IMG/VR virus record: IMGVR_UViG_3300017770_000016 | Location: 1 to 53,732 of that record | Reading direction: 5' to 3' (one strand) | From: a virus | Lineage: Duplodnaviria > Caudoviricetes | DNA: 53,732 nt | Part shown: positions 1 through 10,091 of the stretch, piece after piece | Position numbering within the stretch: the first letter of the stretch is position 1 | How the letters are laid out: every line of letters begins with the position of its first letter | Made by a program: the position numbers and the translations under genes | The notes under the pieces: generated by a model | Seen by the model: only the letters and a program-made list of their open reading frames with translations | Databases searched by the model: none | Told to the model about the DNA's origin: nothing

Positions 1-123
1 AGGCATATCCACGCAAGAGTTGGCAGGTAGGCTTGCACAGCAAGGTGGCGCTCTTGGATTGCAGGCACAGCAAGGGATTGGTGGTCTAGCTGGTCAACGT
101 GCAGACATCGCCTCTGGCTTGGC
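1..123 (+). repeat. Terminal direct repeat, copy 1 (circular assembly overlap)
   Basis: Identical to 53610-53732; it lies inside a CDS that stays in frame across the join. Confidence 0.95.
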
Positions 124-883
124 AAGAGATTTCCAGTCTGGCCAGCAACTTGGCTCTGGCATATTCAGCGACAGAATGGGCAGGATCGCTGGCGCAGCAG
201 GTGGCCTTGATAGAACAACTCGTGGTGCATTTGGCGATGCGTTGAGCGCATTCCAAGCTGGCCAACAAGGAGCTCGCGCAGGTGCTCAAGGTATTGCGGG
301 TCTAGGCCAACAAGGCTTTGACATGCTGACCGGGCAGATAGGAACACTTGGCGGACTAGGCGCAGCGGGCAGAGGCATACAGCAGCGCGGATTTGATGCT
401 CAGTACAAAGCCGCTACTCAAATGGCTGATGAGCCGTTCATGAGGTTACAGCGTGGATTCAATGTCCTTGGCCAAGGCTCTCAATTCATGCCTCAATATT
501 CTAGTGGATTTGATACTCGATTTGCCCCAACCAGTGCATACACCAGCCCTAGTGGAGCAGAAAGAATTAGCTCTGGCGTGTCAAAAGCTGGTGGTTTCTT
601 AGGAACATTGGGAAGCATTGCGGGCGGTATAGGAAGTCTTTTTGGTAGTGACATTCGCTTAAAAGAAAACGTGATGAAGGTTGATCAAGTAGAGCCAGGC
701 GTTGGCTGGTACACATGGGATTGGAATGACACAGCTAAACAGCTTGGCATAGGTGGCCCAACTGAAGGTGTCATTGCTCAAGAGTTAATCAAAGTTGATC
801 CTTCAGCCGTTCTCATGGGCGAAGACGGTTATTACCGTGTAGATTACTCAAAGGTTAATTATGAGCGCAAAGAAGCAGTCTAA
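1..883 (+). CDS. 3' part of the same ejection protein, with a C-terminal peptidase S74-like (intramolecular chaperone) domain
   Basis: G/Q/A-rich helical region, then FGSDIRLKENV...YTWDW...GVIAQEL...GYYRVDYS. Confidence 0.75.
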   Translation, partial: GISTQELAGRLAQQGGALGLQAQQGIGGLAGQRADIASGLARDFQSGQQLGSGIFSDRMGRIAGAAGGLDRTTRGAFGDALSAFQAGQQGARAGAQGIAGLGQQGFDMLTGQIGTLGGLGAAGRGIQQRGFDAQYKAATQMADEPFMRLQRGFNVLGQGSQFMPQYSSGFDTRFAPTSAYTSPSGAERISSGVSKAGGFLGTLGSIAGGIGSLFGSDIRLKENVMKVDQVEPGVGWYTWDWNDTAKQLGIGGPTEGVIAQELIKVDPSAVLMGEDGYYRVDYSKVNYERKEAV

Positions 884-2525
884 GCGTAAGAACAAGATTG
901 CTACCGTAATGAGGGAGTTTAAAGCGGGCGACCTCAAGTCTGGCGGTTCGGGTAGAAAAGTAACAAATCCAAAGCAAGCGATAGCGATTGCGCTGTCAGA
1001 AGCAAACGCGATGAATCAAGGTGGCATGATGTACAACGAAATCATGAACAGACCAATGTTCCAAACACCACAGATGCGTGAGGGTGGCGGCATCATGGCA
1101 GGTGTCGCGCCGATTCGTGGGTATGCAGAGGGTGACTTGGTTGAAGACGATGATTCAATAATTGCTTCGCTTCTTTCTCAAGCGGAAGAACTCCCAGAAG
1201 TCTTATCAAATTTAACCATGGATGACGCTATCGGGTTTGTTAAAGAAAATCCCGAAGTTTTGCTTCTTGTGCCTGGATTAGGTCAATACGGCTTGGCTGC
1301 TAGGGGATTGCAATTTGGGGCTAGAGGGTTGCAGCGTGGCGGTCAAAAATTAGCTAGTTTAATTAGAGGCCCAAGAAAAGTGACCGAAGCTGATTTGGCT
1401 GCGCCAAAGCCAGGGCCAAGGACGATGGGTGGAAGAGACATTATGGGCACAAATGTCGCTTCTAGAGAGCCAAGTCAAAGAATAATAAGACAAGGCGAGC
1501 GTTTTGATTCAAGAGCTCAACGAACTGAAGCTCAATCAGCTAGGCCATCGACCACCAGAAAAATGGAAGATTCTGATATAGCATCACCCAGTCAGTCTGC
1601 CGCGCCTAAACCTGCATCTAGAAAAGCTGATGCTCCTGAAGCTGAAGGTGGAATAAAGTCATTAGGACAAAGAGCAGCGGGAACTATTAGAAAAGGTGTT
1701 GGTATAGCGGCACTCACAGGCGCTACTGGTTATTTATTAAAAATGCCAATTGTTCAAGACCTCATAAATCAAGGCTTCGGCATTGATGAGCTGATGGAAA
1801 TGCCTGAGATCAGAGCTTTGTTAGGTTCAGATATGGACGAGTATGCAGAAAAAAGCAGAGAAGAACTTTTTACAGATCCTACCAAAGAAAAACTCAGGCA
1901 GATAACGGGACAAGACCCATTAACAGCGCCAGACAACAAAGAAGCAATGGCTAGGTTAAGAGAAGCAGCCCTTGCTTCTGAAGCCCCAGCCCCGCCAGAA
2001 CAACCAGATCCTATTATAACTGCACCATCGAAGAAGCCCAACATACTAGAAAGATTAGGTGGCGCGCTCACTGATATTAGTGGCGCTATAGGGTCTGAAA
2101 AAGACTTGATAAGAATGGGTCAGTCAACTGGCGAAAGAAGATCAGGTAGACCAATTAGAAACTTAGCTCTTGAAAGATTCAAAGCTGGAGAAGAGTACGA
2201 TAAAGCTCTGAGAGAAGCAGACCTTGCTGAAAGAGCTATGCAGGTTAGCGAAAGAGGCCCAAGACTGGAACAAGAGTTTGAGTTCATAAAGAGCAAATCT
2301 CCAGACACTCCTGATCAAGAAATTTTAGATCGACTTTTGACCAGGCAAGAATCAGCCAGAGATGCCTTTATATCTTTGTATACAGCTAATGTTCCTGCAG
2401 GAATGACTCCCTCACCAGAATTAATAAAACAGTTAAGCTTATTTACTGGGTATGAAATGACGCCAGAGGAAATACAAATGTTAAGTTCTCCTGTGGGTTC
2501 ATCGCCATCAGCTGTTGTTGACTAA
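861..2525 (+). CDS. Putative internal virion protein with an N-terminal DUF6496-like basic domain
   Basis: 554-aa ORF between ejection genes; N-terminus KIATVMREFKAGDLKSG...NPKQAIAIALSEA; contains MNQGG and MREGG motifs. Confidence 0.6.
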   Translation: MSAKKQSKRKNKIATVMREFKAGDLKSGGSGRKVTNPKQAIAIALSEANAMNQGGMMYNEIMNRPMFQTPQMREGGGIMAGVAPIRGYAEGDLVEDDDSIIASLLSQAEELPEVLSNLTMDDAIGFVKENPEVLLLVPGLGQYGLAARGLQFGARGLQRGGQKLASLIRGPRKVTEADLAAPKPGPRTMGGRDIMGTNVASREPSQRIIRQGERFDSRAQRTEAQSARPSTTRKMEDSDIASPSQSAAPKPASRKADAPEAEGGIKSLGQRAAGTIRKGVGIAALTGATGYLLKMPIVQDLINQGFGIDELMEMPEIRALLGSDMDEYAEKSREELFTDPTKEKLRQITGQDPLTAPDNKEAMARLREAALASEAPAPPEQPDPIITAPSKKPNILERLGGALTDISGAIGSEKDLIRMGQSTGERRSGRPIRNLALERFKAGEEYDKALREADLAERAMQVSERGPRLEQEFEFIKSKSPDTPDQEILDRLLTRQESARDAFISLYTANVPAGMTPSPELIKQLSLFTGYEMTPEEIQMLSSPVGSSPSAVVD

Positions 2526-5500
2526 TGATAGTAGTTGTGCCTGATGGAAGCGGTAGAACCATAGATGTTCGTACCGATGATCCTGAGTACGCTGCACGCA
2601 GGGCTGCAGAATGGGGCGCTGAAAACCCAATCGTTGAACGTGGCGCACAGCTAGGCGAAGAAGACGTATCTGCCATAGGTGATATCGGCAGAGGTATTGG
2701 TGCTGGTCTTGTTAGCGCAGCGGAGGGTGTTACTACACTGCCAATGGAGTTGATTGGCTCTGATGAAGAAAATATTCAGTCAGTCAGAAACTTCTTCGAT
2801 AAGTACAAACCTGAGACTCAGACTGAGATAGGCAAAGCTTCTCGATTCATAGCTCAGTTCGCAGCCCCCGGCGGACTTGCCGCCAGAGCGGTTAGAGGTG
2901 CAGGATCATTAGGAAAGCTTGGCGCAACAGTCAGCGCAGACATAGCTGCTACCACACCGGACGTTGAGACACTCGGTGACTTCTTCGAAGCTGGGCCCAC
3001 CAAACGGATAGATACATCAGACTTATCTGGAGCAGAGCTTTCCGCAGCAAACCTATCCAATCGTTTGCGTGTGGGAGCAGAGGGCGCTGCTGTAGTGCTT
3101 GGCGTACCTGCTATCGCATCTTTAGGGGCAAAGACTGTTGGTGCAGGACTTGGCGCTCTTGGTCGCACAGACTTCGCAAAGGCCGCTGCTCAAGCCATCA
3201 GAAATCCAGAGACTCCGTTTAGCCCTGTTGGTGTAAGACCAGATCTTGAAGACCCTACATTTATGCAAAGGCAAGTAGAAGGTCTCAAAAAGGTTGGGCG
3301 CAAATATCTTTCTCAACAAGGAAGTCTTCCAGACAGGTTCACTGCTCAATACGATGCCATGAGAGTGACGCAAATAGCGGCTCAGAACTCTCAGGCAAGA
3401 CAAGCTGTTGAAAAGATGGAGAACGCTCTGTCTTTTGTAAACAAGAACGAAGGCCTGTTCAACGATCAAGACAAGTCACAAGTTCTTGATACGCTGAATG
3501 ACTTCTTGTTTGCAGAAACCACAGGCATGAAGCCTGGTATGGGCCGAGATACCATAAAAAGAACCGCTGAAAACAAGTTAAAAGAAATTGATGACATCAT
3601 TGCCCAGAACACGCCGAAGAGTTTGTTTGGCAACAGAAAAGATTTAAGTCTTTTTCAAGGCGCCAGTGATCTTAGGCAACAGATCGATGGATTGAGTGCG
3701 TCTGTAAAAGAAATGTTAGAGGATGGTTTTCAAAGCGATGAAGCAAAAAACGCTTTGATTGAAACCATAGGTAACAACAAAACGTTTTACGGCATGCGTC
3801 TTTATCGCGCACTGAAAGATACCAATTACTCTCCTACAGCAGAGCAAGCAGAACTTGCCGTTGAAGAGCTTGTTAAATCAAGCCGTGGCTTAGATGAGGC
3901 TGCTCAGCTTGATCAAAATCAAGCCAGAGAGTTGTTGAACAGTATGATTCAAGGCAACTTCAACAACGCTAAGATGCAACCAAGAGATGTTGTTGACTCA
4001 GCAACACTAAAAGGTGTGTCTCAAGGAATGTTGAAAGGTAGAAAGCTAGATGATCTGCCTGCAGTAAGGGACTTTCTTGGCGAATATACAGGCGCAAAAG
4101 ACGTCATGATGCGTTTTCGTCCAGAACGTATCAGAGCTAGGGACATCGGTGAACAAGAAGCTGGTTTGCGCACTAAGATGGTTGAGACTGTTGATATCAT
4201 GTCGAAGCACATCGCAAAGTCTCAGTATTACAACAACTTAATTCAATACAATGCCAAGCTTCCAGAAGGTGCAAAGTTTATATTCGATACGATCCCACCA
4301 AACGCACGGCTTGGAGAGTACTCAAGAGTGGGTGCTGAATCTGGTAACCCACTTGGAGAAATTACAGCTTCTCAAAAAGCTAGGTTTGGACAGCTTGCCG
4401 GTAAGTACATAAAGAATGAATACAAAACTGCACTTGAGGGTGGTAGCGATGTGTTTGATTTGTCCAAAGGAAGCATACCACTGTATTCAACCTTCTTAGG
4501 CCTAAAGGGCGTGTCTCAGATAGCCAAGACTGTCTACAGCCCGATCACTCAAATACGAAACGCAACTACTGCAGGCTTCTTTGCGCTTGCCAATGGAAAC
4601 GTTGGCAACTCAAAGTCTTTGGCTAACTCTGTATCAACAGTATTCAGCAATTTGAATCAGCGGTTGACCGGGCCAGGCAAAGCAAACATGACGCTTGCTG
4701 AAAGGCAAAAATATTACAATGAGCTTGTTGACTTAGGCGTGATCAACACGAACGCCAAGATTGGTGAGTTTGAGTCGCTGCTCAATGATGCCGCCGAAGG
4801 TACAGGTCTTGGCTCAGGCGCGACTCGTAAGTTGTTCAAAAAAGCTCAAGGAATGCAGAACGGCTTTGCGGCTAAGCTCTATCAAGCATCTGATGATGTG
4901 TGGAAGACATACAGTTTTGAGATGGAACTTGGGCGTCTTGAAAGAATATTTGCCAAGAACCCAAACACTGCGCTACCTGTGTCTGATCCCAGAAACTTTA
5001 CTGAGTTTGATCCAGTCATAAGACCGTCTGAGTTAACGCCGGAACAGCTTAAAATTGCTATGAAGCGTGAAGCTGCGGAGATAGTTAAAGACACTGTGCC
5101 AAACTATGCGCGTGTTCCAGAATTCATCAAGCGTTTGCGCCAAATGCCGTTTGGAAACTTCGTTGCCTTTCCTGCTGAAATGATCAGGACTAGTGGCAAC
5201 ATTCTTGGTAGAAGCATTAAGGAACTAGCAAGCGAGTCGCCGGAGCTTCGTGAAATAGGCATGAAGCGACTGACTGGCATCATATCAGTCAATGCAGCGA
5301 TACCGGCTTCACTGGTGAAGGCAGGAACGCTTCTCACTGGTGCGGATCAAGAGCAAATTGATGCATACAAGCGATCTATGGCTGCTGACTGGGATAGAAA
5401 CTCAACGTTGATACCTGTCGCCACAGATAAGAATGGCAAGGTCACAGACTTCTATAATTTTTCGTATACCAATCCGTATGACTACGTTGGCAGGCCTGCC

Positions 5501-6568
5501 GCCGCTGTGTTCAATGCGGTGAACAACGGTATTACGAAGGAAGAAGATTTAAGTAAAATAGCTTTTGATGCGTCGTTAGATGCAGGTGCAGAGTTCTTTT
5601 CGCCATTCATGAGCGAAGCGATTGTTTCAGAAAAAGCTTTAGACATTTTAAGAAACAACACAACGTTTAACAGACCAATTTGGCGAGAAACAGATACGCT
5701 TGGAACAAAAGTTGGCAAAGGATTTGCACATTTTGTAGATGGCTTGATGCCAGGATTCAGCCCGGTAGATCTAACAACAACACCTACATCGCCTTTCCCT
5801 GGCTCTCTGTCGTTCACTCTCAGAGACTTTCCACGGGCCGTTGCTTCTGTTGCCACACAAGACGCACAACTTGGTGTTAGTAAACAAGGTTACCGTTTAG
5901 ACCCAGTGCAAGAATTTACAGAAGCTTTGACTGGCGTCAAAAGCATCAAGCCTCGCACTGAGCGTGTGCTGTACTATCGCGCACTTGAAGCTGCAAGAAA
6001 CGTCCGTGACGCTGCCGGTATCTTCAACCAAGTAGCAAAAACTCGTGGCAATGTTGACGCAGAGACCACCACTCAAGCTTTCATCACTGCAAACGAGCAG
6101 CGTTTCAAGGCGCTGCGCGATCTGAACATGGCCATTGAAGACGCCAAAACGCTTGGGCTTTCTACTGCTGAGATTATAAAGCCATTAAAAGAAGCCAAGA
6201 CACCAAACCTAGGCATGGTCATGTCAGGTCGATTCAAAGCGTTCTTTCCAAGTAAAGAAACTATATCCATCGCTTTGCAAGGAAACGAAAACAAGCTATC
6301 TAATCCTTTAGACTTTCAAGCAATTGGAGAGCAGTTTGGACAGTTCCAGGGCGCTCCATTCAGGCCACGCGCTGACGCTGAAGCACAAGCCGCCAGAATG
6401 GAGGCTTTGCAGCAAGCCTCTGCGCCACAGCCTGCACCTCAAACGGCGCCTGCACAGCCTAGCACAGCGGCTACGCCACCTGTTGCACCTCAGATACCAT
6501 CCTTGTTTAATCGTGCATCACAGTTCCTGCGCCAGCAGGAAGAAGAAAAACTGATGGGTGGTAGTTGA
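2525..6568 (+). CDS. Large internal virion/DNA ejection protein (1347 aa)
   Basis: Last and longest gene of the ejection cluster; helical composition; PFGNFVAFPAE and NFSYTNPYD motifs; Pro/Ala/Gln tail. Confidence 0.6.
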   Translation: MIVVVPDGSGRTIDVRTDDPEYAARRAAEWGAENPIVERGAQLGEEDVSAIGDIGRGIGAGLVSAAEGVTTLPMELIGSDEENIQSVRNFFDKYKPETQTEIGKASRFIAQFAAPGGLAARAVRGAGSLGKLGATVSADIAATTPDVETLGDFFEAGPTKRIDTSDLSGAELSAANLSNRLRVGAEGAAVVLGVPAIASLGAKTVGAGLGALGRTDFAKAAAQAIRNPETPFSPVGVRPDLEDPTFMQRQVEGLKKVGRKYLSQQGSLPDRFTAQYDAMRVTQIAAQNSQARQAVEKMENALSFVNKNEGLFNDQDKSQVLDTLNDFLFAETTGMKPGMGRDTIKRTAENKLKEIDDIIAQNTPKSLFGNRKDLSLFQGASDLRQQIDGLSASVKEMLEDGFQSDEAKNALIETIGNNKTFYGMRLYRALKDTNYSPTAEQAELAVEELVKSSRGLDEAAQLDQNQARELLNSMIQGNFNNAKMQPRDVVDSATLKGVSQGMLKGRKLDDLPAVRDFLGEYTGAKDVMMRFRPERIRARDIGEQEAGLRTKMVETVDIMSKHIAKSQYYNNLIQYNAKLPEGAKFIFDTIPPNARLGEYSRVGAESGNPLGEITASQKARFGQLAGKYIKNEYKTALEGGSDVFDLSKGSIPLYSTFLGLKGVSQIAKTVYSPITQIRNATTAGFFALANGNVGNSKSLANSVSTVFSNLNQRLTGPGKANMTLAERQKYYNELVDLGVINTNAKIGEFESLLNDAAEGTGLGSGATRKLFKKAQGMQNGFAAKLYQASDDVWKTYSFEMELGRLERIFAKNPNTALPVSDPRNFTEFDPVIRPSELTPEQLKIAMKREAAEIVKDTVPNYARVPEFIKRLRQMPFGNFVAFPAEMIRTSGNILGRSIKELASESPELREIGMKRLTGIISVNAAIPASLVKAGTLLTGADQEQIDAYKRSMAADWDRNSTLIPVATDKNGKVTDFYNFSYTNPYDYVGRPAAAVFNAVNNGITKEEDLSKIAFDASLDAGAEFFSPFMSEAIVSEKALDILRNNTTFNRPIWRETDTLGTKVGKGFAHFVDGLMPGFSPVDLTTTPTSPFPGSLSFTLRDFPRAVASVATQDAQLGVSKQGYRLDPVQEFTEALTGVKSIKPRTERVLYYRALEAARNVRDAAGIFNQVAKTRGNVDAETTTQAFITANEQRFKALRDLNMAIEDAKTLGLSTAEIIKPLKEAKTPNLGMVMSGRFKAFFPSKETISIALQGNENKLSNPLDFQAIGEQFGQFQGAPFRPRADAEAQAARMEALQQASAPQPAPQTAPAQPSTAATPPVAPQIPSLFNRASQFLRQQEEEKLMGGS

Positions 6569-6569
6569 T

Positions 6570-6941
6570 GTGATCCCGAAGCGGGCACCAAAGAAAGGCA
6601 AGAGCAAGTACTTCGCCAAGAAGACTGAGTACGATGGTATTGTCTTTGACTCCAAACTCGAAGCAGCCCGGTACAAGATACTCAAGCGTTACGAAGAAGC
6701 TGGTGAGATCACTGATCTTGAAGTCCAAGTAGACTTCCCATGCGTGATCACCGTCGAGGGTGAAGACAAAAAGATCTGCTCATACGTTGCGGACTTTCGT
6801 TACAAGCGCGATGGCGAGGTAGTGGTAGAGGACACCAAGGGCATCATCACCCAGGTGTTCACCCTCAAGAAGAAGCTTGTCGAAGCCCTCTACCCCGGCC
6901 TCAAGATACTGATCATCAAAGACCCACGAGAGTGGGCCTAG
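6570..6941 (+). CDS. DUF1064-family PD-(D/E)XK endonuclease (resolvase-like)
   Basis: SKYFAKKTEYDGIVFDSKLEA...YVADFRY...VVEDTKG motifs; GTG start just after the upstream TGA. Confidence 0.8.
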   Translation: MIPKRAPKKGKSKYFAKKTEYDGIVFDSKLEAARYKILKRYEEAGEITDLEVQVDFPCVITVEGEDKKICSYVADFRYKRDGEVVVEDTKGIITQVFTLKKKLVEALYPGLKILIIKDPREWA

Positions 6942-8029
6942 AACGGCATCTTGCGCTCATCAACGTTCTCAAGGTAGCTACCAGGGAACTCACGCCTCAC
7001 GCTTTCGCCGGTCATCATCAAGCCCGCCTCAAAGTCTGCCTTAGATAACTCACGCATCTCTGTGCTGCTGTAGTGATACTCACCCGTCACCTCAGACGTT
7101 GAGTTGTAGAACTCCATGATCCCAACCTGATAGGCCACAGAATCCTCTGTGCTCTTGCCCGGCAGATGGTTGGCGTTCACAAGCTCTGGTATCCACAAGT
7201 GGTCATTGCATCCCTCTCGCTGCTCATCAAGCGTCAGAGATTTCTGTTTGCGCTTGCAGAACCACACGGCGCCGTTTGATTCAGTCAGTGGCTTCACGTT
7301 CTTGCAGTTCCTGCAGTTGACCGATTCCGGCAAGCGGCGACCAAAGTAGATATTGCGATACAACTCCGACTCATTCTTCATGCGCCAGTCCTTCTCAGAC
7401 ATGCGCGTGCTCTTGTCGGGAGCGTCACTGGTGATGATGCGCCAAGCCCTAGCTTGAGCCTTATCCCACATGTCTGGGTTGTAATCGATGATCTCTTCGT
7501 ACACCTCGTTAGTGTTCTTGTTGACCACAACAACCATACACATCTCTAGGCCAAGCGCGCCCATGTAAGCATGAATCTGCCATCGATAGGTTTCGCTCCA
7601 TTCCTCATAGCTTTGAAGCTTCACGAGCTCTTTGAACCGCTTGTCGTTGGCGCTCTTGACTTCCAGCAGTAGAATCACTTCTTCACTAGGGGGTGGAAAT
7701 ACGCCTTTGAGGAGGCCGTCACAAGAGCCTGCGAAGTGACCGCCAAGGAACGATGCGCGAAACTGATTGCCGTCCTTGTCATGCGAGGCGATAGATATCA
7801 CGTCGGTATCGCGTATGTTCTCAACCACCTGATCCTCGATGCGGTTGCCTAGATCGAAGAGGCGCAGCATCCTGCCGCCGAAGGTAGACGGTAAGCACCA
7901 ACGGAAACCCATCCACTGCTTGTATTCATCGTCATAACCTATCCCGCTGAATCCAAGGTGCCCACGAAAGCGGTTGTCTTTCTCTGCTAGTTGCTCATCG
8001 ATCCGATCAAAAATGGACTCTAACGACAT
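6938..8029 (-). CDS. Cas4/YqaJ-like PD-(D/E)XK exonuclease
   Basis: HLGFSGIG, GSCDG, LEVKS and QIHAYM motifs; C-terminal CRNC...C...C..H. Confidence 0.75.
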   Translation of the reverse strand: MSLESIFDRIDEQLAEKDNRFRGHLGFSGIGYDDEYKQWMGFRWCLPSTFGGRMLRLFDLGNRIEDQVVENIRDTDVISIASHDKDGNQFRASFLGGHFAGSCDGLLKGVFPPPSEEVILLLEVKSANDKRFKELVKLQSYEEWSETYRWQIHAYMGALGLEMCMVVVVNKNTNEVYEEIIDYNPDMWDKAQARAWRIITSDAPDKSTRMSEKDWRMKNESELYRNIYFGRRLPESVNCRNCKNVKPLTESNGAVWFCKRKQKSLTLDEQREGCNDHLWIPELVNANHLPGKSTEDSVAYQVGIMEFYNSTSEVTGEYHYSSTEMRELSKADFEAGLMMTGESVRREFPGSYLENVDERKMPF

Positions 8030-9683
8030 TCCAGTACTTACCCTCTTTTCTTACAGTGATTTGTTTGATGTGTTGCATGGCCCCGTTGTGGTTGACCTCA
8101 ACCAAAGCCTGCTCAATAGTGCTGGGGCACCAATGGTTGTTGGTCAGTGACCGCCATTTCTTCTGCGCCATCATGCCAGCCTTCCCTTTCATGCCGATCA
8201 TGATTGGCATGTTTTGTGGCCAGTAGTCGCCAGGACTTGAGAACATGACATTGAGATACTCATTACCGTTCTTTGATGTCTTTGATTCAGCTGAAACGTA
8301 CTCGATGTTCTTGATGCGCTCGTGTTTCTCTACTGGGTCTTCGAGTTCATCTGATAACACAGAACCTTGAGCCGCCTGCCTAGTGGCGGCAGCATCCTTC
8401 TCTTCTTCTTCAAACAGCTTGGGCTGCTCAACGGGTGCTGGCTTCAAGGCACCGCACTCAATGCATGTGTCACGATCTATGTCGTTGACCGCCACGCATG
8501 AGTCGCATATCCAGATCTTAGTTTGCTGCTCTTTCTCTTTGTCTTCTTTGCTTGGAACCGATGGACGGGCGGTGTCTATGCAGCCGTGCCGATCCATGTT
8601 CTCGCCATAGTCCAGCAGCATGCAGTCTTTCTTGTCGCCCCAAGTGCGCATGCCTCGTCCACAGATCTGAACATACAAGCCCAGCGACTTGGTGGGACGC
8701 AGCAGTGCGATGCAGTCTGTGCGTGGCGCGTCCCAACCTTCAGTCAAGACAGACACATTGCATAGTGCGTTAATCTGGCCGTCCTCAAAACGCTCCAAGA
8801 TATCTTCGCGCTCTCCCTTTGGTGTCTCGCCGGTCACAACCGCAGCCTCTACACCAGCTTGGCGCAGGTACAGACACATCTTCTCGGCATGAGCCACGGT
8901 TATACAGAAGAACACAGTGCTCAATCGGCCTTTGGTGTACGCCTTCTCAATCCAGTCATCGATGATGGCCAGCATGGTCTGATCTTCCATAGCCAACTTC
9001 TCAATGTCTGACTCACGATAGTCACCACCTTTGAACTTGACCCGCGCAGTTGACGCATCAATTACAGCCTCATCGTTCACCTTGAAGGCTGACAGACGGC
9101 ACAGGAAGCCCTGTTGGATCATTTCAGGTATACCTACACGGTAAGCAACCCCCGCAAAGAAGTGCTCCTCAAGGCCGTATATGAAGCCTTGGCCCATGCG
9201 ATAAGGTGTAGCGGTCACGCCCAGTATGCGTGGCGTTCTCCAGATGGAGGACTCAAAGTGATCGAAGATCTTGCGATACCGGGTGTTTGGGTCTGGCGCC
9301 ACATGGTGCGCCTCGTCAACGATGATGTAGTCAAAGTCACCAGAGGTATCAAGCCTGCTTGGTGTTGCCAAGGTGTCCCGACTGGCAATGACGATACGCC
9401 CATCGACTTCGTATTGATTCAACCCCGCAGCCAGAATGCCTGATGGTGCACATGGCCATACCTTCTTGAGTTTATCTTCTGCCTGGCTGACCAGTTCTTG
9501 CCGGTGAGCTAGGATCAGAATCCTGCAGTCAGGCTCTCGCTCACATATCTCCTTGATTAGGGTGGCGAAGACAACAGTCTTGCCAGCCCCAGTGGGTAAA
9601 ACGATGAGTGGGTGCGTGTCTTGGGTGTTGAACCAATGGACTGCCGCATCAACGGCTTCGCGCTGATAGTACCTGAGCTCCAT
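8007..9683 (-). CDS. SF2 DEAH-box helicase (RadD/YejH-like) with a Zn ribbon
   Basis: LRYYQ, PTGAGKT, DEAHH, TATP, LTEGWDAP and QICGRGMR motifs; CDSC...CIECG. Confidence 0.92.
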   Translation of the reverse strand: MELRYYQREAVDAAVHWFNTQDTHPLIVLPTGAGKTVVFATLIKEICEREPDCRILILAHRQELVSQAEDKLKKVWPCAPSGILAAGLNQYEVDGRIVIASRDTLATPSRLDTSGDFDYIIVDEAHHVAPDPNTRYRKIFDHFESSIWRTPRILGVTATPYRMGQGFIYGLEEHFFAGVAYRVGIPEMIQQGFLCRLSAFKVNDEAVIDASTARVKFKGGDYRESDIEKLAMEDQTMLAIIDDWIEKAYTKGRLSTVFFCITVAHAEKMCLYLRQAGVEAAVVTGETPKGEREDILERFEDGQINALCNVSVLTEGWDAPRTDCIALLRPTKSLGLYVQICGRGMRTWGDKKDCMLLDYGENMDRHGCIDTARPSVPSKEDKEKEQQTKIWICDSCVAVNDIDRDTCIECGALKPAPVEQPKLFEEEEKDAAATRQAAQGSVLSDELEDPVEKHERIKNIEYVSAESKTSKNGNEYLNVMFSSPGDYWPQNMPIMIGMKGKAGMMAQKKWRSLTNNHWCPSTIEQALVEVNHNGAMQHIKQITVRKEGKYWNVVRVHF

Positions 9684-9825
9684 TTCTTCTTTCTTCCATG
9701 AGTTTGCGGTAGGTGTTGCGCCAATACTCCTTGGCCCAACTGTCCTCTGGTGACTTGTAGATGCACCGCAGCACGGCGCGCTTACGTTCTTTGAACTTAG
9801 ATAAGTCTTCTGTCGCTAATGACAT
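9649..9825 (-). CDS. Small hypothetical protein (58 aa, absent from the ORF track)
   Basis: Manual translation MSLATEDLSKFKERKRAVLRCIYKSPEDSWAKEYWRNTYRKLMEERR...; AAGGA upstream; fills an operon gap. Confidence 0.55.
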   Translation of the reverse strand: MSLATEDLSKFKERKRAVLRCIYKSPEDSWAKEYWRNTYRKLMEERRNGAQVLSARSR

Positions 9826-10091
9826 ATCCTTTCATCCTCCATTACTTCTGCCACATTCGTGTAAGAACCATCTTCAATGCTTTCAACGACTTGTGGCAAC
9901 AACTGAGTCATGAGCTCATGATCACCATGAGCTAAGTTCCAGCCCAGTGAATACACCATCATGACCTCGAACAGGATGCGTGGTTCTAGATCTTCTTTGC
10001 TGACCTTCACCAAGTTTCTGATCAAGTCCATGGCGTACTCGTGATCCTCACTGCCGCCTTCCATTTCCATTTCACAGTCATCTTCTTTCAT
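9816..10091 (-). CDS. Hypothetical protein
   Basis: 91-aa ORF translationally coupled within the operon. Confidence 0.65.
   Translation of the reverse strand: MKEDDCEMEMEGGSEDHEYAMDLIRNLVKVSKEDLEPRILFEVMMVYSLGWNLAHGDHELMTQLLPQVVESIEDGSYTNVAEVMEDERICH

Noticed and set aside
1-123. 123-bp terminal repeat as a biological DTR
   Set aside because: It falls mid-CDS and the frame is continuous across the join, which fits an assembler circular overlap
6938-6941. Convergent genes sharing the palindromic CTAG as both stop codons
   Set aside because: Real, but a common compaction feature with no further signal
6938-8029. Cas4-like gene as evidence of a CRISPR-Cas system
   Set aside because: It is a stand-alone nuclease in an ordinary helicase/Sak4/SSB recombination module
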